A stretch of DNA of 37,105 nt, taken from a virus (taxonomy: Duplodnaviria; Caudoviricetes). The position numbers and the translations under genes were made by a program. The notes beneath the pieces were generated by a model, which worked only from the letters and a program-made list of their open reading frames with translations, made no database searches and was not told the origin of the DNA. The stretch lies in the IMG/VR virus record IMGVR_UViG_3300033076_000347, positions 1-37,105 of that record; one strand, given 5' to 3'. Below, piece by piece: positions 6,029 through 14,500 of this stretch (position 1 is its first letter; each line of letters begins with the position of its first letter).

Positions 6029-7515
6029 ATATTATAGAGCGAACACCGTTCTATACGAACAAGATGATGGTCGAGAGCATATCCCTTATTAGGGATGTGG
6101 TTCTCGCCACCAAGACTGTTAAAGAGAAGATCAAGAATAAAAACGTAGATCGAATTGTCCCTAAGTTCAAGACCGATCCTGATGTGATTGACCGGATACT
6201 TAGAAGCTTGGAGTATTATTCAGATCCAAACACTGAAGAGATGAAAGACAAAAGAGTATCAACAGAAGTGATTAGTAATACTGTTCAGTTCAGGGATTAT
6301 CAAACCAAGATCATCCATCAGGGATCTGAGATCCTTAACAAGCATGGGTTCCTTTACCTTGCGATGGAGGTCCGAACCGGCAAGACGCTTACGAGCCTTG
6401 GAATATGCAACAAGATTTCAATCGGCAATGTTCTTTTTTTAACAAAGAAGAAAGCGATTAGCAGTATTGAAGCGGATTACAAGATGCTTGCCCCAATGTA
6501 TGATTTAACAATCATCAACTACGAGAGTTTACATCACGTGATGAATGACAAAAAATGGGACGTCATCATCTGTGATGAAGCTCATAGTATGGGCGCGTTT
6601 CCAAAGCCAAGTAAAAGAGCAGTACAAGTTAAAGACTTAATCAAGAAGCACAATCCAAAAGTGATATTACTTTCGGGAACACCAACGCCTGAGAGTTATT
6701 CTCAGATATATCACCAAGTGTATGGCATACCACCAAATCCATTTAAACATTGTGCAAATTTCTACAAATTTGCCGCAGCTTATGTGGATGTGAAGCAGAA
6801 AAAAGTAAACGGTATGTTCATCAACGATTACTCAAGAGGTAAGGATGTCATATTGGATATCATGAGGCCATATACCATCAGCTACACGCAGTCAGAAGCA
6901 GGCTTCACTACTGAGGTTATTGAGGATGTTCTTTACGTAGACATGAAGCCTTCGACTTACAGTATGTGTAAGCGATTACAGAAAGACTTGGTCATTGAGG
7001 GAAAGGAAGAGGTGATACTTGCTGACACTCCGGTGAAGTTAATGATGAAGCTTCATCAGATGTACTCCGGCACCATCAAGTTTGAGAGCGGTAACTCAAT
7101 GATCATTGACGACAGCAAGGCTCAGTTTATTAAGGAGAAGTTTGAGGGGTGTAAGATTGGCATCTTCTATAAGTTCAAGGAAGAATACAATGTTTTGAAG
7201 CAGGTGTTTGGTGATGACTTAACTACTGAATTGAGTGTCTTCAAAGACACTGACAAAAACATTGCTCTGCAGATCGTCTCCGGTAGGGAGGGTATATCAC
7301 TTAAGGAGGCTGAGTACTTAGTCTTCTACAACATTGACTTCAGCGCTACGAGCTATTGGCAGGCCAAGGATAGGATGACCACTAAGGATAGGCCGGAGAA
7401 CAATATCTATTGGATATTCACACGAGGAGGGATTGAGAGTGACATTTACGATGCGGTCACTAAGAAAAAAGATTACACAGTAAATCACTTTAAAAAACGA
7501 ATAGAAAATGGGTAG
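5995..7515 (+). CDS. SF2 (SNF2/DEAD-like) helicase; start codon uncertain
   Basis: FRDYQ Q-motif, MEVRTGKT, IICDEAH, LSGTP, SGREGISL, QAKDR. Confidence 0.9.
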   Translation: MQHMQKETETLDIIERTPFYTNKMMVESISLIRDVVLATKTVKEKIKNKNVDRIVPKFKTDPDVIDRILRSLEYYSDPNTEEMKDKRVSTEVISNTVQFRDYQTKIIHQGSEILNKHGFLYLAMEVRTGKTLTSLGICNKISIGNVLFLTKKKAISSIEADYKMLAPMYDLTIINYESLHHVMNDKKWDVIICDEAHSMGAFPKPSKRAVQVKDLIKKHNPKVILLSGTPTPESYSQIYHQVYGIPPNPFKHCANFYKFAAAYVDVKQKKVNGMFINDYSRGKDVILDIMRPYTISYTQSEAGFTTEVIEDVLYVDMKPSTYSMCKRLQKDLVIEGKEEVILADTPVKLMMKLHQMYSGTIKFESGNSMIIDDSKAQFIKEKFEGCKIGIFYKFKEEYNVLKQVFGDDLTTELSVFKDTDKNIALQIVSGREGISLKEAEYLVFYNIDFSATSYWQAKDRMTTKDRPENNIYWIFTRGGIESDIYDAVTKKKDYTVNHFKKRIENG

Positions 7516-7804
7516 ACCAAAACAAGTGTACGCTCAGGTCATGATCGACTTGAGAGACAGAGAAAAAATGGGAATCGAAAAGTACGGAGTCAGCGTAGAT
7601 AAAGCTGAGCTTGATACTCTTCAGTGGATGCAACACGCATACGAGGAGTCACTCGACCACGCCATCTATATGAAGAAGCTAATCCTTGAGGCGCATCGTG
7701 AGATAGCGAGAGCCAAGGGGAAAGAGCACGCTCCAAACGTCCACGAGATTCAAGGAAAGGTGGATGAGTATGTATCAAAGAACCAACTAAAATTATTCGT
7801 ATGA
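7508..7804 (+). CDS. conserved phage protein, possibly all-alpha NTP pyrophosphatase-like
   Basis: R...GIEKYG....WMQHAYEESLDHAIY with an EExxD motif. Confidence 0.55.
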   Translation: MGRPKQVYAQVMIDLRDREKMGIEKYGVSVDKAELDTLQWMQHAYEESLDHAIYMKKLILEAHREIARAKGKEHAPNVHEIQGKVDEYVSKNQLKLFV

Positions 7805-8112
7805 GTAAACTATACACAGAAGAACAAGTTAGGAAAGCGTATTCTGCAGGAGCTATTGACTGTGAATATAAATGCACCAAAGTAACCTTGGAAGGTTTTG
7901 AACCCATAGTAAATATGGAGCATCTTAAAGTATTGATGGATGGCTTTGTCAAAACTCTAACCCCAATCCAACTACCAACGGATGAGGAGTTGGAAAAGAT
8001 TGCTAAAGAAAAACACATAGGTCTCTCAATAGATGTACAAAATTATAGAAGATGTTTTGTGCAAGGTGCTAAATGGATGAGAGATAAAATACAAGGAGGT
8101 CAAGATGAGTAG
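7801..8112 (+). CDS. hypothetical protein, paralog A1
   Basis: MSKLYTEEQVR...TPIQLPTDEE...WMRDKIQGGQDE; paralog at 8909-9190. Confidence 0.8.
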   Translation: MSKLYTEEQVRKAYSAGAIDCEYKCTKVTLEGFEPIVNMEHLKVLMDGFVKTLTPIQLPTDEELEKIAKEKHIGLSIDVQNYRRCFVQGAKWMRDKIQGGQDE

Positions 8113-8338
8113 CGATAGAGAAAAATGGTTTATTGACCGAGTAGGTAAAGTCATTTGGAGAAATAAAACCACTTGCAAGTGTGGCGTATGTGAAAGTGTT
8201 TACCAAAATGGGTTATTGTTATCCGATGAAGGTCATGCAATGTATGTTTGTATTTGTGAATCCGATGTTAGTGTAGAAGGCGGTACATTAAGATATTTTG
8301 ATAGTAAAGAAGAACGAGATGAATTTGAAAATAAATGA
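8105..8338 (+). CDS. small CxCxxC protein, paralog B1
   Basis: WF..VGK.IWR.KT.C.C..CES.Y.NG...RYFDSKEERDEFE; paralog at 9183-9410. Confidence 0.8.
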   Translation: MSSDREKWFIDRVGKVIWRNKTTCKCGVCESVYQNGLLLSDEGHAMYVCICESDVSVEGGTLRYFDSKEERDEFENK

Positions 8339-8469
8339 TTAAGGTCTTATTGTATCCTTTGAAAATCATTTGGCGCATATTCGATAATGATGCTCATAAC
8401 ATCGTTTCAAAAAGAGGTTGGGAAATATTAAATCAAGAGCAAAATGGAAAAGAAACAAAGCAGTATTGA
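8335..8469 (+). CDS. small hypothetical protein (44 aa, not in ORF track)
   Basis: ATG 8335 overlaps the upstream TGA; MIKVLLYPLKIIWRIFDNDAHNIVSKRGWEILNQEQNGKETKQY; fills the operon gap. Confidence 0.6.
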   Translation: MIKVLLYPLKIIWRIFDNDAHNIVSKRGWEILNQEQNGKETKQY

Positions 8470-8671
8470 ATGGTTGAAAGAAGTTTATATAAATCAAGGT
8501 AGAATTTTGAACTCTCAATTTGAACAAGCCAAAGCAATGCACAAGGAGGAGATTACAGATACTTATCACGATGGTAAGACAAACGGAATGAATATTTCCC
8601 ACGATTTATCTTTAACAAAAGAAATTTCATCAACTGAATACTATAACGAAACATTTGGAGGTGACAAATGA
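8444..8671 (+). CDS. hypothetical protein
   Basis: KQSSIEWL...FEQAKAMHKEEI...YYNETFGGDK; coupled to the next gene by ATGA. Confidence 0.75.
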   Translation: MEKKQSSIEWLKEVYINQGRILNSQFEQAKAMHKEEITDTYHDGKTNGMNISHDLSLTKEISSTEYYNETFGGDK

Positions 8672-8916
8672 TAAACGGAAATGAACCAATTAATTCTATA
8701 CCTGATTTAAATAATCATCCATCAGATTGGTATGGTCTAACCAAACGTGAATACTTTGCTTCTATGGCTATGCAAGGATTGTTAACAAGAGTTCCTAAAA
8801 GATTAGATGGTGAAACTGATTTAGGTATTCTTGAATCAAAAAGAATAGCAGAAGAATCAGTTATAATGGCTGATTTACTTATCAAAGCATTAAACAAAGG
8901 AGGTGACAATGAGTAA
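8668..8916 (+). CDS. conserved phage protein (GLTKREYFA family)
   Basis: GLTKREYFASMAMQGLL...MADLLIKALNK motif. Confidence 0.8.
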   Translation: MINGNEPINSIPDLNNHPSDWYGLTKREYFASMAMQGLLTRVPKRLDGETDLGILESKRIAEESVIMADLLIKALNKGGDNE

Positions 8917-9190
8917 ACTATTTACAGAAGAACAAGTAAGAATAATGCTTGGTAAAGCAAGATTGCTTAATATGGATGATACAGAAATGTTCACTGATGA
9001 TTATTTAATTGAGCAACAAACCCCAATCCAACTACCAACGGATGAGGAGATAGAAGGTTTTGCAAAAGACAAAATAAATTTGTCAAACGATTGTTTTGGT
9101 CAATATGATTTTACATCGGGTAAACAGGACGGATTTATAGATGGTGCTATTTGGATGAGAGATAAAATCAAAGGAGGTCAAGGTGAGTGA
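8909..9190 (+). CDS. hypothetical protein, paralog A2
   Basis: Start moved to ATG 8909 by alignment with A1 (MSKLFTEEQVR) and the upstream GGAGG. Confidence 0.8.
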   Translation: MSKLFTEEQVRIMLGKARLLNMDDTEMFTDDYLIEQQTPIQLPTDEEIEGFAKDKINLSNDCFGQYDFTSGKQDGFIDGAIWMRDKIKGGQGE

Positions 9191-9410
9191 CGACAGAATG
9201 GAATGGTTCAAGAGTCAAGTTGGTAAAACAATTTGGCGTACTAAAACAAGTTGTGATTGTGCTATCTGTGAATCGACTTATACAAACGGCGTTTATGTAT
9301 CAAATGAAGCGCACGCGAGTTTTATATACGTCTTTGAAGATGATCGAGTAGTCGATAGATACTTCGCGACAAAAGAAGAACGAGACGAATTTGAAAAAAC
9401 AAAGCTATGA
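9183..9410 (+). CDS. small CxCxxC protein, paralog B2
   Basis: GTG start at the same junction position as the ATG of B1; CDCAIC; RYFATKEERDEFE. Confidence 0.8.
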   Translation: MSDDRMEWFKSQVGKTIWRTKTSCDCAICESTYTNGVYVSNEAHASFIYVFEDDRVVDRYFATKEERDEFEKTKL

Positions 9411-9781
9411 AAAAACAAATTGAGCAGGTAAGGGAATTCAGAAAGAAGTTTAACCTACCTATTGATTCAGGAATGGATCATTGTGACCACCGCCTTCATG
9501 AGCACCTTGTACATGAGGAGCTTGCTGAAATGAAAGAAGCTACGGACGTCATTGAAACATCTGACGCTATCGTCGATCAGATGTATCTACTGATTGGATA
9601 CGCATTAGACCTTGGAGTAGCTGACAAGTTAGAGGATATGTTTGACGAGGTGCATGCATCCAACATGAGCAAACTCGGGGAAGATGGCAAACCTATTTAC
9701 CGGGAAGATGGCAAAGTTCTTAAGGGCCCTGACTATTTCAGACCAAATCTTGACAAGATATTATGGACGAGTCAATCTTAA
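9407..9781 (+). CDS. MazG-like / PRA-PH family nucleoside triphosphate pyrophosphohydrolase
   Basis: LVHEELAE, DAIVDQMY, FDEVHASNMSKL..DGKPIYREDGKVLKGPDYF.P. Confidence 0.85.
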   Translation: MKKQIEQVREFRKKFNLPIDSGMDHCDHRLHEHLVHEELAEMKEATDVIETSDAIVDQMYLLIGYALDLGVADKLEDMFDEVHASNMSKLGEDGKPIYREDGKVLKGPDYFRPNLDKILWTSQS

Positions 9782-9867
9782 TTATCTTAGCGTTCTACGT
9801 TGTGGCCTCAGTAATTGGCTACATCATTCACTTAATAGAGTTCAAATTCTTCAAAGACGATGATTAA
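9763..9867 (+). CDS. small single-pass membrane protein (34 aa, not in ORF track)
   Basis: MDESILIILAFYVVASVIGYIIHLIEFKFFKDDD; fills the gap and overlaps both neighbours. Confidence 0.55.
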   Translation: MDESILIILAFYVVASVIGYIIHLIEFKFFKDDD

Positions 9868-10174
9868 ATGTATATGCATTGACGACTCAAACAGACCAAC
9901 GTCAATACCACCTGAGAAGTGGATCGAGAAAGGTAAGGAATACCACATCATATCCGCAAGGATTGTCAATCCTCAGAAGCAGATGGCTGTTCAACTCCTC
10001 GAGATAAACCTCGATGATTCATGCGCTCCATTCACCTACTTCCTTGGTAAGCGATTCATGATAAAGGAAGATGTACTGAAAGATCTTTTGATGTTGATCA
10101 GTGCTACAATCAATCATGACAATGAGATCAAGGAATTGATATCCATTCAGAATGAACATATCTATTGGAACTGA
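9860..10174 (+). CDS. hypothetical protein
   Basis: 104-aa ORF in the operon. Confidence 0.7.
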   Translation: MIKCICIDDSNRPTSIPPEKWIEKGKEYHIISARIVNPQKQMAVQLLEINLDDSCAPFTYFLGKRFMIKEDVLKDLLMLISATINHDNEIKELISIQNEHIYWN

Positions 10175-10419
10175 TGGCCACTGAGCAGCAAATACAATCA
10201 AAGCTTATTAAGAAGCTTGAGTCCGAAGGGTACTACGTAATCAAGTTAGTGAAGACCAATAAGAATGGTATCCCTGACTTGATTGCTATCCCTCCGGGAT
10301 CTGATGTGTTACTAATAGAGGTTAAGCGACCTGACGGAAGACTGTCAAAGCTACAAGAATTTAGAATCAAAGAATTAAAATCACACGGGGTAAATGCCTC
10401 AGTGTATAAAGGAGAATAG
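10174..10419 (+). CDS. VRR-NUC domain nuclease
   Basis: EQQIQ..., GIPDLIA, LLIEVKRPDGRLSKLQ; start at ATG 10174 coupled to the upstream TGA. Confidence 0.85.
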   Translation: MATEQQIQSKLIKKLESEGYYVIKLVKTNKNGIPDLIAIPPGSDVLLIEVKRPDGRLSKLQEFRIKELKSHGVNASVYKGE

Positions 10420-10420
10420 T

Positions 10421-10963
10421 ATGGTATTAGAAATTAAAGTCGCAGAGAAATTAAAAGCATTGGTAGATCAATGCCTTCAGGTATCCATAATGGAGGACAC
10501 AAGAAAGAGAGATACAGTTGAAGCGAGAATGATCTTCTCAAAGATATTAAGAGAAGATTTCTCATACTCCTATCAATCAATAGGAAGGTATCTAAGCAAA
10601 GACCATGCTACAATACTTCATTACGTTAGGAGTATAAATCAAATCAGCAGGTACGATAAAGTACTTTATGATAAATACGTAAAGATTAAATCACTATTTT
10701 TGGAAGATGAAAGTGATGAGGTAATAAATCAAGACCAACTCAAATACAAAATAGTTTTTTTAGAAGAGTCGCTGAATGAAGTGATGAAGCATAGAAACGA
10801 TCTTATCGATTTCAAAGAGAAGTTACACAGGATTATGCCCATCGTTAATTTAGTTCTTGAAAGAACACCCCACGGATTAGAAGGGGAAGTGGAAAGAAAG
10901 ATGCGCACCATGTTTAACGGGTTGGATGTATCTAAAATTCACAAAATAAATGAGCTCGAATAA
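10421..10963 (+). CDS. DnaA C-terminal (domain IV)-like HTH protein with coiled coil
   Basis: TRKR..VEARMI...SYQSIGRYL.KDHATILH resembles the Bac_DnaA_C signature; ATG 10421 follows the previous stop (alternative start 10394). Confidence 0.75.
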   Translation: MVLEIKVAEKLKALVDQCLQVSIMEDTRKRDTVEARMIFSKILREDFSYSYQSIGRYLSKDHATILHYVRSINQISRYDKVLYDKYVKIKSLFLEDESDEVINQDQLKYKIVFLEESLNEVMKHRNDLIDFKEKLHRIMPIVNLVLERTPHGLEGEVERKMRTMFNGLDVSKIHKINELE

Positions 10964-11138
10964 AGAAAGCGAGAGAGCTGAAAGAATAGCACTCAGGATA
11001 AATGGATACCATAAACTATTGGCAGATACCTATGACAATATTGTTGATAGGGATTTTGAAAAGGTTCAGGTTGATGTTAAGTTCCTTATTATGGATCTTC
11101 GTTGCATATTAAAATCAATCGAGGAAGATGATTTTTGA
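10950..11138 (+). CDS. hypothetical protein
   Basis: 62-aa ORF overlapping both neighbours. Confidence 0.65.
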   Translation: MSSNKESERAERIALRINGYHKLLADTYDNIVDRDFEKVQVDVKFLIMDLRCILKSIEEDDF

Positions 11139-11541
11139 AAAAGAGGAAGACTTAATCAGGGAGAAGAAAGCTATTGAAGCTTTCGTCAAAGTATTCGGTG
11201 GCTCCTATCAGAAGCTCGACCCGTTTGATATTGACTTCAAGATCTTTGATAAAGACAGAAACTTAATTGCATACGCAGAAGTAAAAGGCAGATCAAGACT
11301 AATGAGAGATGCCTATCCATTACCAATCGCTATTCGAAAGCTATCAAAGCTACAGGACAAACGATTGAATCCTGTAATCATTTGGTGTTGTGATGACGGT
11401 ATTATCTATGGCCGTCCTGAAAAATTGCATGGTGAAATAATGTACGGCGGAAGAAAGCCAAGGCTCGGATCAGTAAATGATGACGAGCTAATGGCTTACT
11501 ATAACAAACAGAAGGGATTAAAGTATGTGCGGTTCGAGTAA
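11128..11541 (+). CDS. PD-(D/E)XK nuclease-like protein
   Basis: DIDF...AYAEVKGR catalytic-type motif. Confidence 0.6.
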   Translation: MIFEKEEDLIREKKAIEAFVKVFGGSYQKLDPFDIDFKIFDKDRNLIAYAEVKGRSRLMRDAYPLPIAIRKLSKLQDKRLNPVIIWCCDDGIIYGRPEKLHGEIMYGGRKPRLGSVNDDELMAYYNKQKGLKYVRFE

Positions 11542-11552
11542 CCGCACTTTTT
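11527..11552 (+). terminator. intrinsic terminator where the two gene blocks converge
   Basis: GTGCGGTT-CGAGT-AACCGCAC followed by TTTTT. Confidence 0.75.
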
Positions 11553-14500
11553 ATTTCCCTCCCGATCCGAATCCTCCTTCAGATCCGAACCCACCTTTCT
11601 TCTTGCTCTTACCTGAGCTTGATCCTGATCCGAATCCTCCTTCAGATCCGAAACCTCCCTTCTTCTTAGGAACGTAGTCGTAGAACTCATCCTTCATTCT
11701 TCTCTCAAGAGAATCCATCTCATGCTTTAATTTTTTCTTAGCTTGTTCAGCGTCATACCCCGGTGAGTTCTTTCCGAATACCTCCTCATACAACTCAGGA
11801 TCGTAGCGCTTCATATCCTCTCTGTTCTCGTACCCGTGAAGCATCTCCTTCTCAGCCTGCTTTTTATCAGCGGCTTTCTTGTCAGCATCGCGAAGGTCTT
11901 TGTAAATCTCTTTCATCACTTCCTTCTTCACGTCTTTGTAAAGAGGGATCATTCCCATATTACCCAAGACTTCAAGAGGGATTCTGATTGTATTCTCCTT
12001 CTCTCTTCTCTCGATAGCATCCTCTTCTTTCTTTTCCTTAGAGGCAATATTATTGATGATAAGGTCAGTTGTCTTTAGCGCAGGAGAGAATGCTCCGGTC
12101 ATGTTTAACATAAAGTCACCAATACCTGTATCACCAAACTTCTTTTCTTTTGGTACAGCAGAGAATGAGATGGCGTCTGTATACGGATCGTAATCACCGT
12201 TTCTTAAGTCAGTCAAAAACTCCTCATTCACTTCTTCAACTCCAAGGCTTATCAAGCTCTTTGTGAAGTTACCAAAGTTTCTTCCGAGAGCTAATGATGT
12301 AAATGTGGACGTGAATGCCTGACCAAGTTTTTGCATCAATGTCTTCTCATCCTCTTCCTCCTCATCACCAAGAAGACCACCCAATCCTTGAGCAAACATG
12401 TTAGTCATCAATGTATACACAGTCATACGTGTGGTTACTGCAGCAAGCAAAGCAATACCTTCCTTCCTTGATATAGAGCCATTACCAACCGCCGCATAAA
12501 TACCTTGACGAGCAGTGGTGTATTCGTATATCGCGAATCGAGTCATATAGTTATTGAAGTTATTGAAAATCTTGGTAATAACTCCCTGATTTGCTTTAGA
12601 AGTACCTTTAAGTATACCCATAAATGAGTTGTCAGTAGCTCCGGCAAGTACAGACATCTCGTCAGCGCGTAGTTTAGACGCATTGATCGCATCCTTATAC
12701 TGCCTCATATAAGCCTCATTACCTTCAGCAATCTTCTTGAAGTCAACCTCAACGCCTGATTGTTTTTTAAACTCAGTAGCAAACTGACCAAACCAAATCG
12801 GTCTCATTATAACCCTATCAGGAGTAGAGATTAGCGTATCAGCAATAAGCTCAACACCATTCTTGTACTTCTTCAAGGACATATTATAAATCTGATTGGC
12901 TTTATTAGCAATAACACCCTTGGCTGTGGTTGATTTAATACCACTCGTCTGACTAAGAACGGATTGATCAATGAATCTTCCGCTCAATGTATCGCCGTGA
13001 TACAATCGAGTTATCTGCTTACTCTTCACATTCTCCATGATCTTTACAGCATCAGGAGATGATATGATGTTAAAGTACTTTAGACCGGCAGTAAACGCTT
13101 CTCTCCCTGCTATTAAAGCAAATCCTACGTTGGATGACACTTCCGCAATAAACCTTAACGATCCCGCAAGTACAGCTCTATAACCCTGCTTTGAAATAAA
13201 GTCAACAACAGCATCGCCAAATGATGTGGCAACGAAGTTGTTGGTCAATACATTTGAAACAGACTCTTCAAAACCATTTCTAATAGCGTTGAAGATTTCG
13301 CGTTGCTGTTTTGTAAAGTCATCACCATATCTATTCTCGACCTCATTAAGCGTCTTTCTCGCCGTTCTGATAGGAGAAGTCATATGGTAGTCTAAGAGTG
13401 TAAATTTAGCCCCTCTCTGAGCCGATGCGAAGACGTCAAAGTTAATTGCCTTTGCACCCTGTGTTCTTTCAACAAGGTTCTTACCTTTTGAAGATGGTTG
13501 CAATGCGGCATTGTAGTTATTTGAAAGCTGTGTTGCAGTTACGCTATCGTCCGGATTGTATTCAGCCATTACAGGTAAGTGGATGTAGTTATTAAGTACA
13601 TCGATTCTCTGACCTCTGATTACAGCGGCTGTGAACATAGCCTTCTCAGTTAAACCATCATTGATTTCTCTGATTGTTTGGATGGCATTCTTCTCAGCAT
13701 TGTTGAACGACTTGTAAAGCGCGTCCTTATCCACATCTCCATTCTCATTAAGAATTCTTTGAAGCATCTCAATCTCAGCATCACCATATTTAGTGCTATC
13801 TTTCTTGATTGACTTAATTGTTTCTTTAATGTAGGCAGATGCAGGATTCACTTGCTTGCTTCCGGGATTGCTCTCGTATTCAAGTTGGATCATGTAAGCC
13901 ATCATCCTGAAAGAAGACTCTAATTTTTTATTAGCGTCGTAAGAGAATGATTTAGCGACAGCATCTTGAGCGGCATCCAATTTTTTATTTACTTGACCGA
14001 GTGATGATTGGAATGAAGCCTGTGCTTCTGATATTTTCTCCCACAATGCATTGAAGATTGGCTTTGATTTAAAGTTGCCAAGCACCTGATCAATGAAGAA
14101 TAAACCACCACCTCTGATCATCTCAGAAGTACCTGACCTGTTGGTCCATCTTCCAAAAAGTTTAGCCTTCAAGTTATTGTAAGCCTTAGAGACTGACAAC
14201 GGAGAAGCGTTAGAAACAGAGTCACCAACAGGAGTTGATTCCTTGACAGCGTTTAATTTCTCAAACATCAACTCACCATAGTGAGGCATGTATCCATTGT
14301 TGATATTGTCAATAAGCTTGATCAAGTTGTTAAGCTGAGCAGTAGTCAACTGACTTAGTAGCTCAGGCTTTAGTAGTCTTCTGATATTATCAGCCAACTC
14401 TCTCTCATCAGCAAATTGCAAACCATCCAAGTTCACCTTGGTGTTATTGATGGCGTCTATAAGTAATGCATTCTCAGCCTTCACCTCAGCCTCAGTCTTC

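Noticed and set aside
7801-9410. Diversity-generating retroelement TR/VR pair
   Set aside because: Differences between the copies are not adenine-specific, include length changes, and no reverse transcriptase is present in the window.
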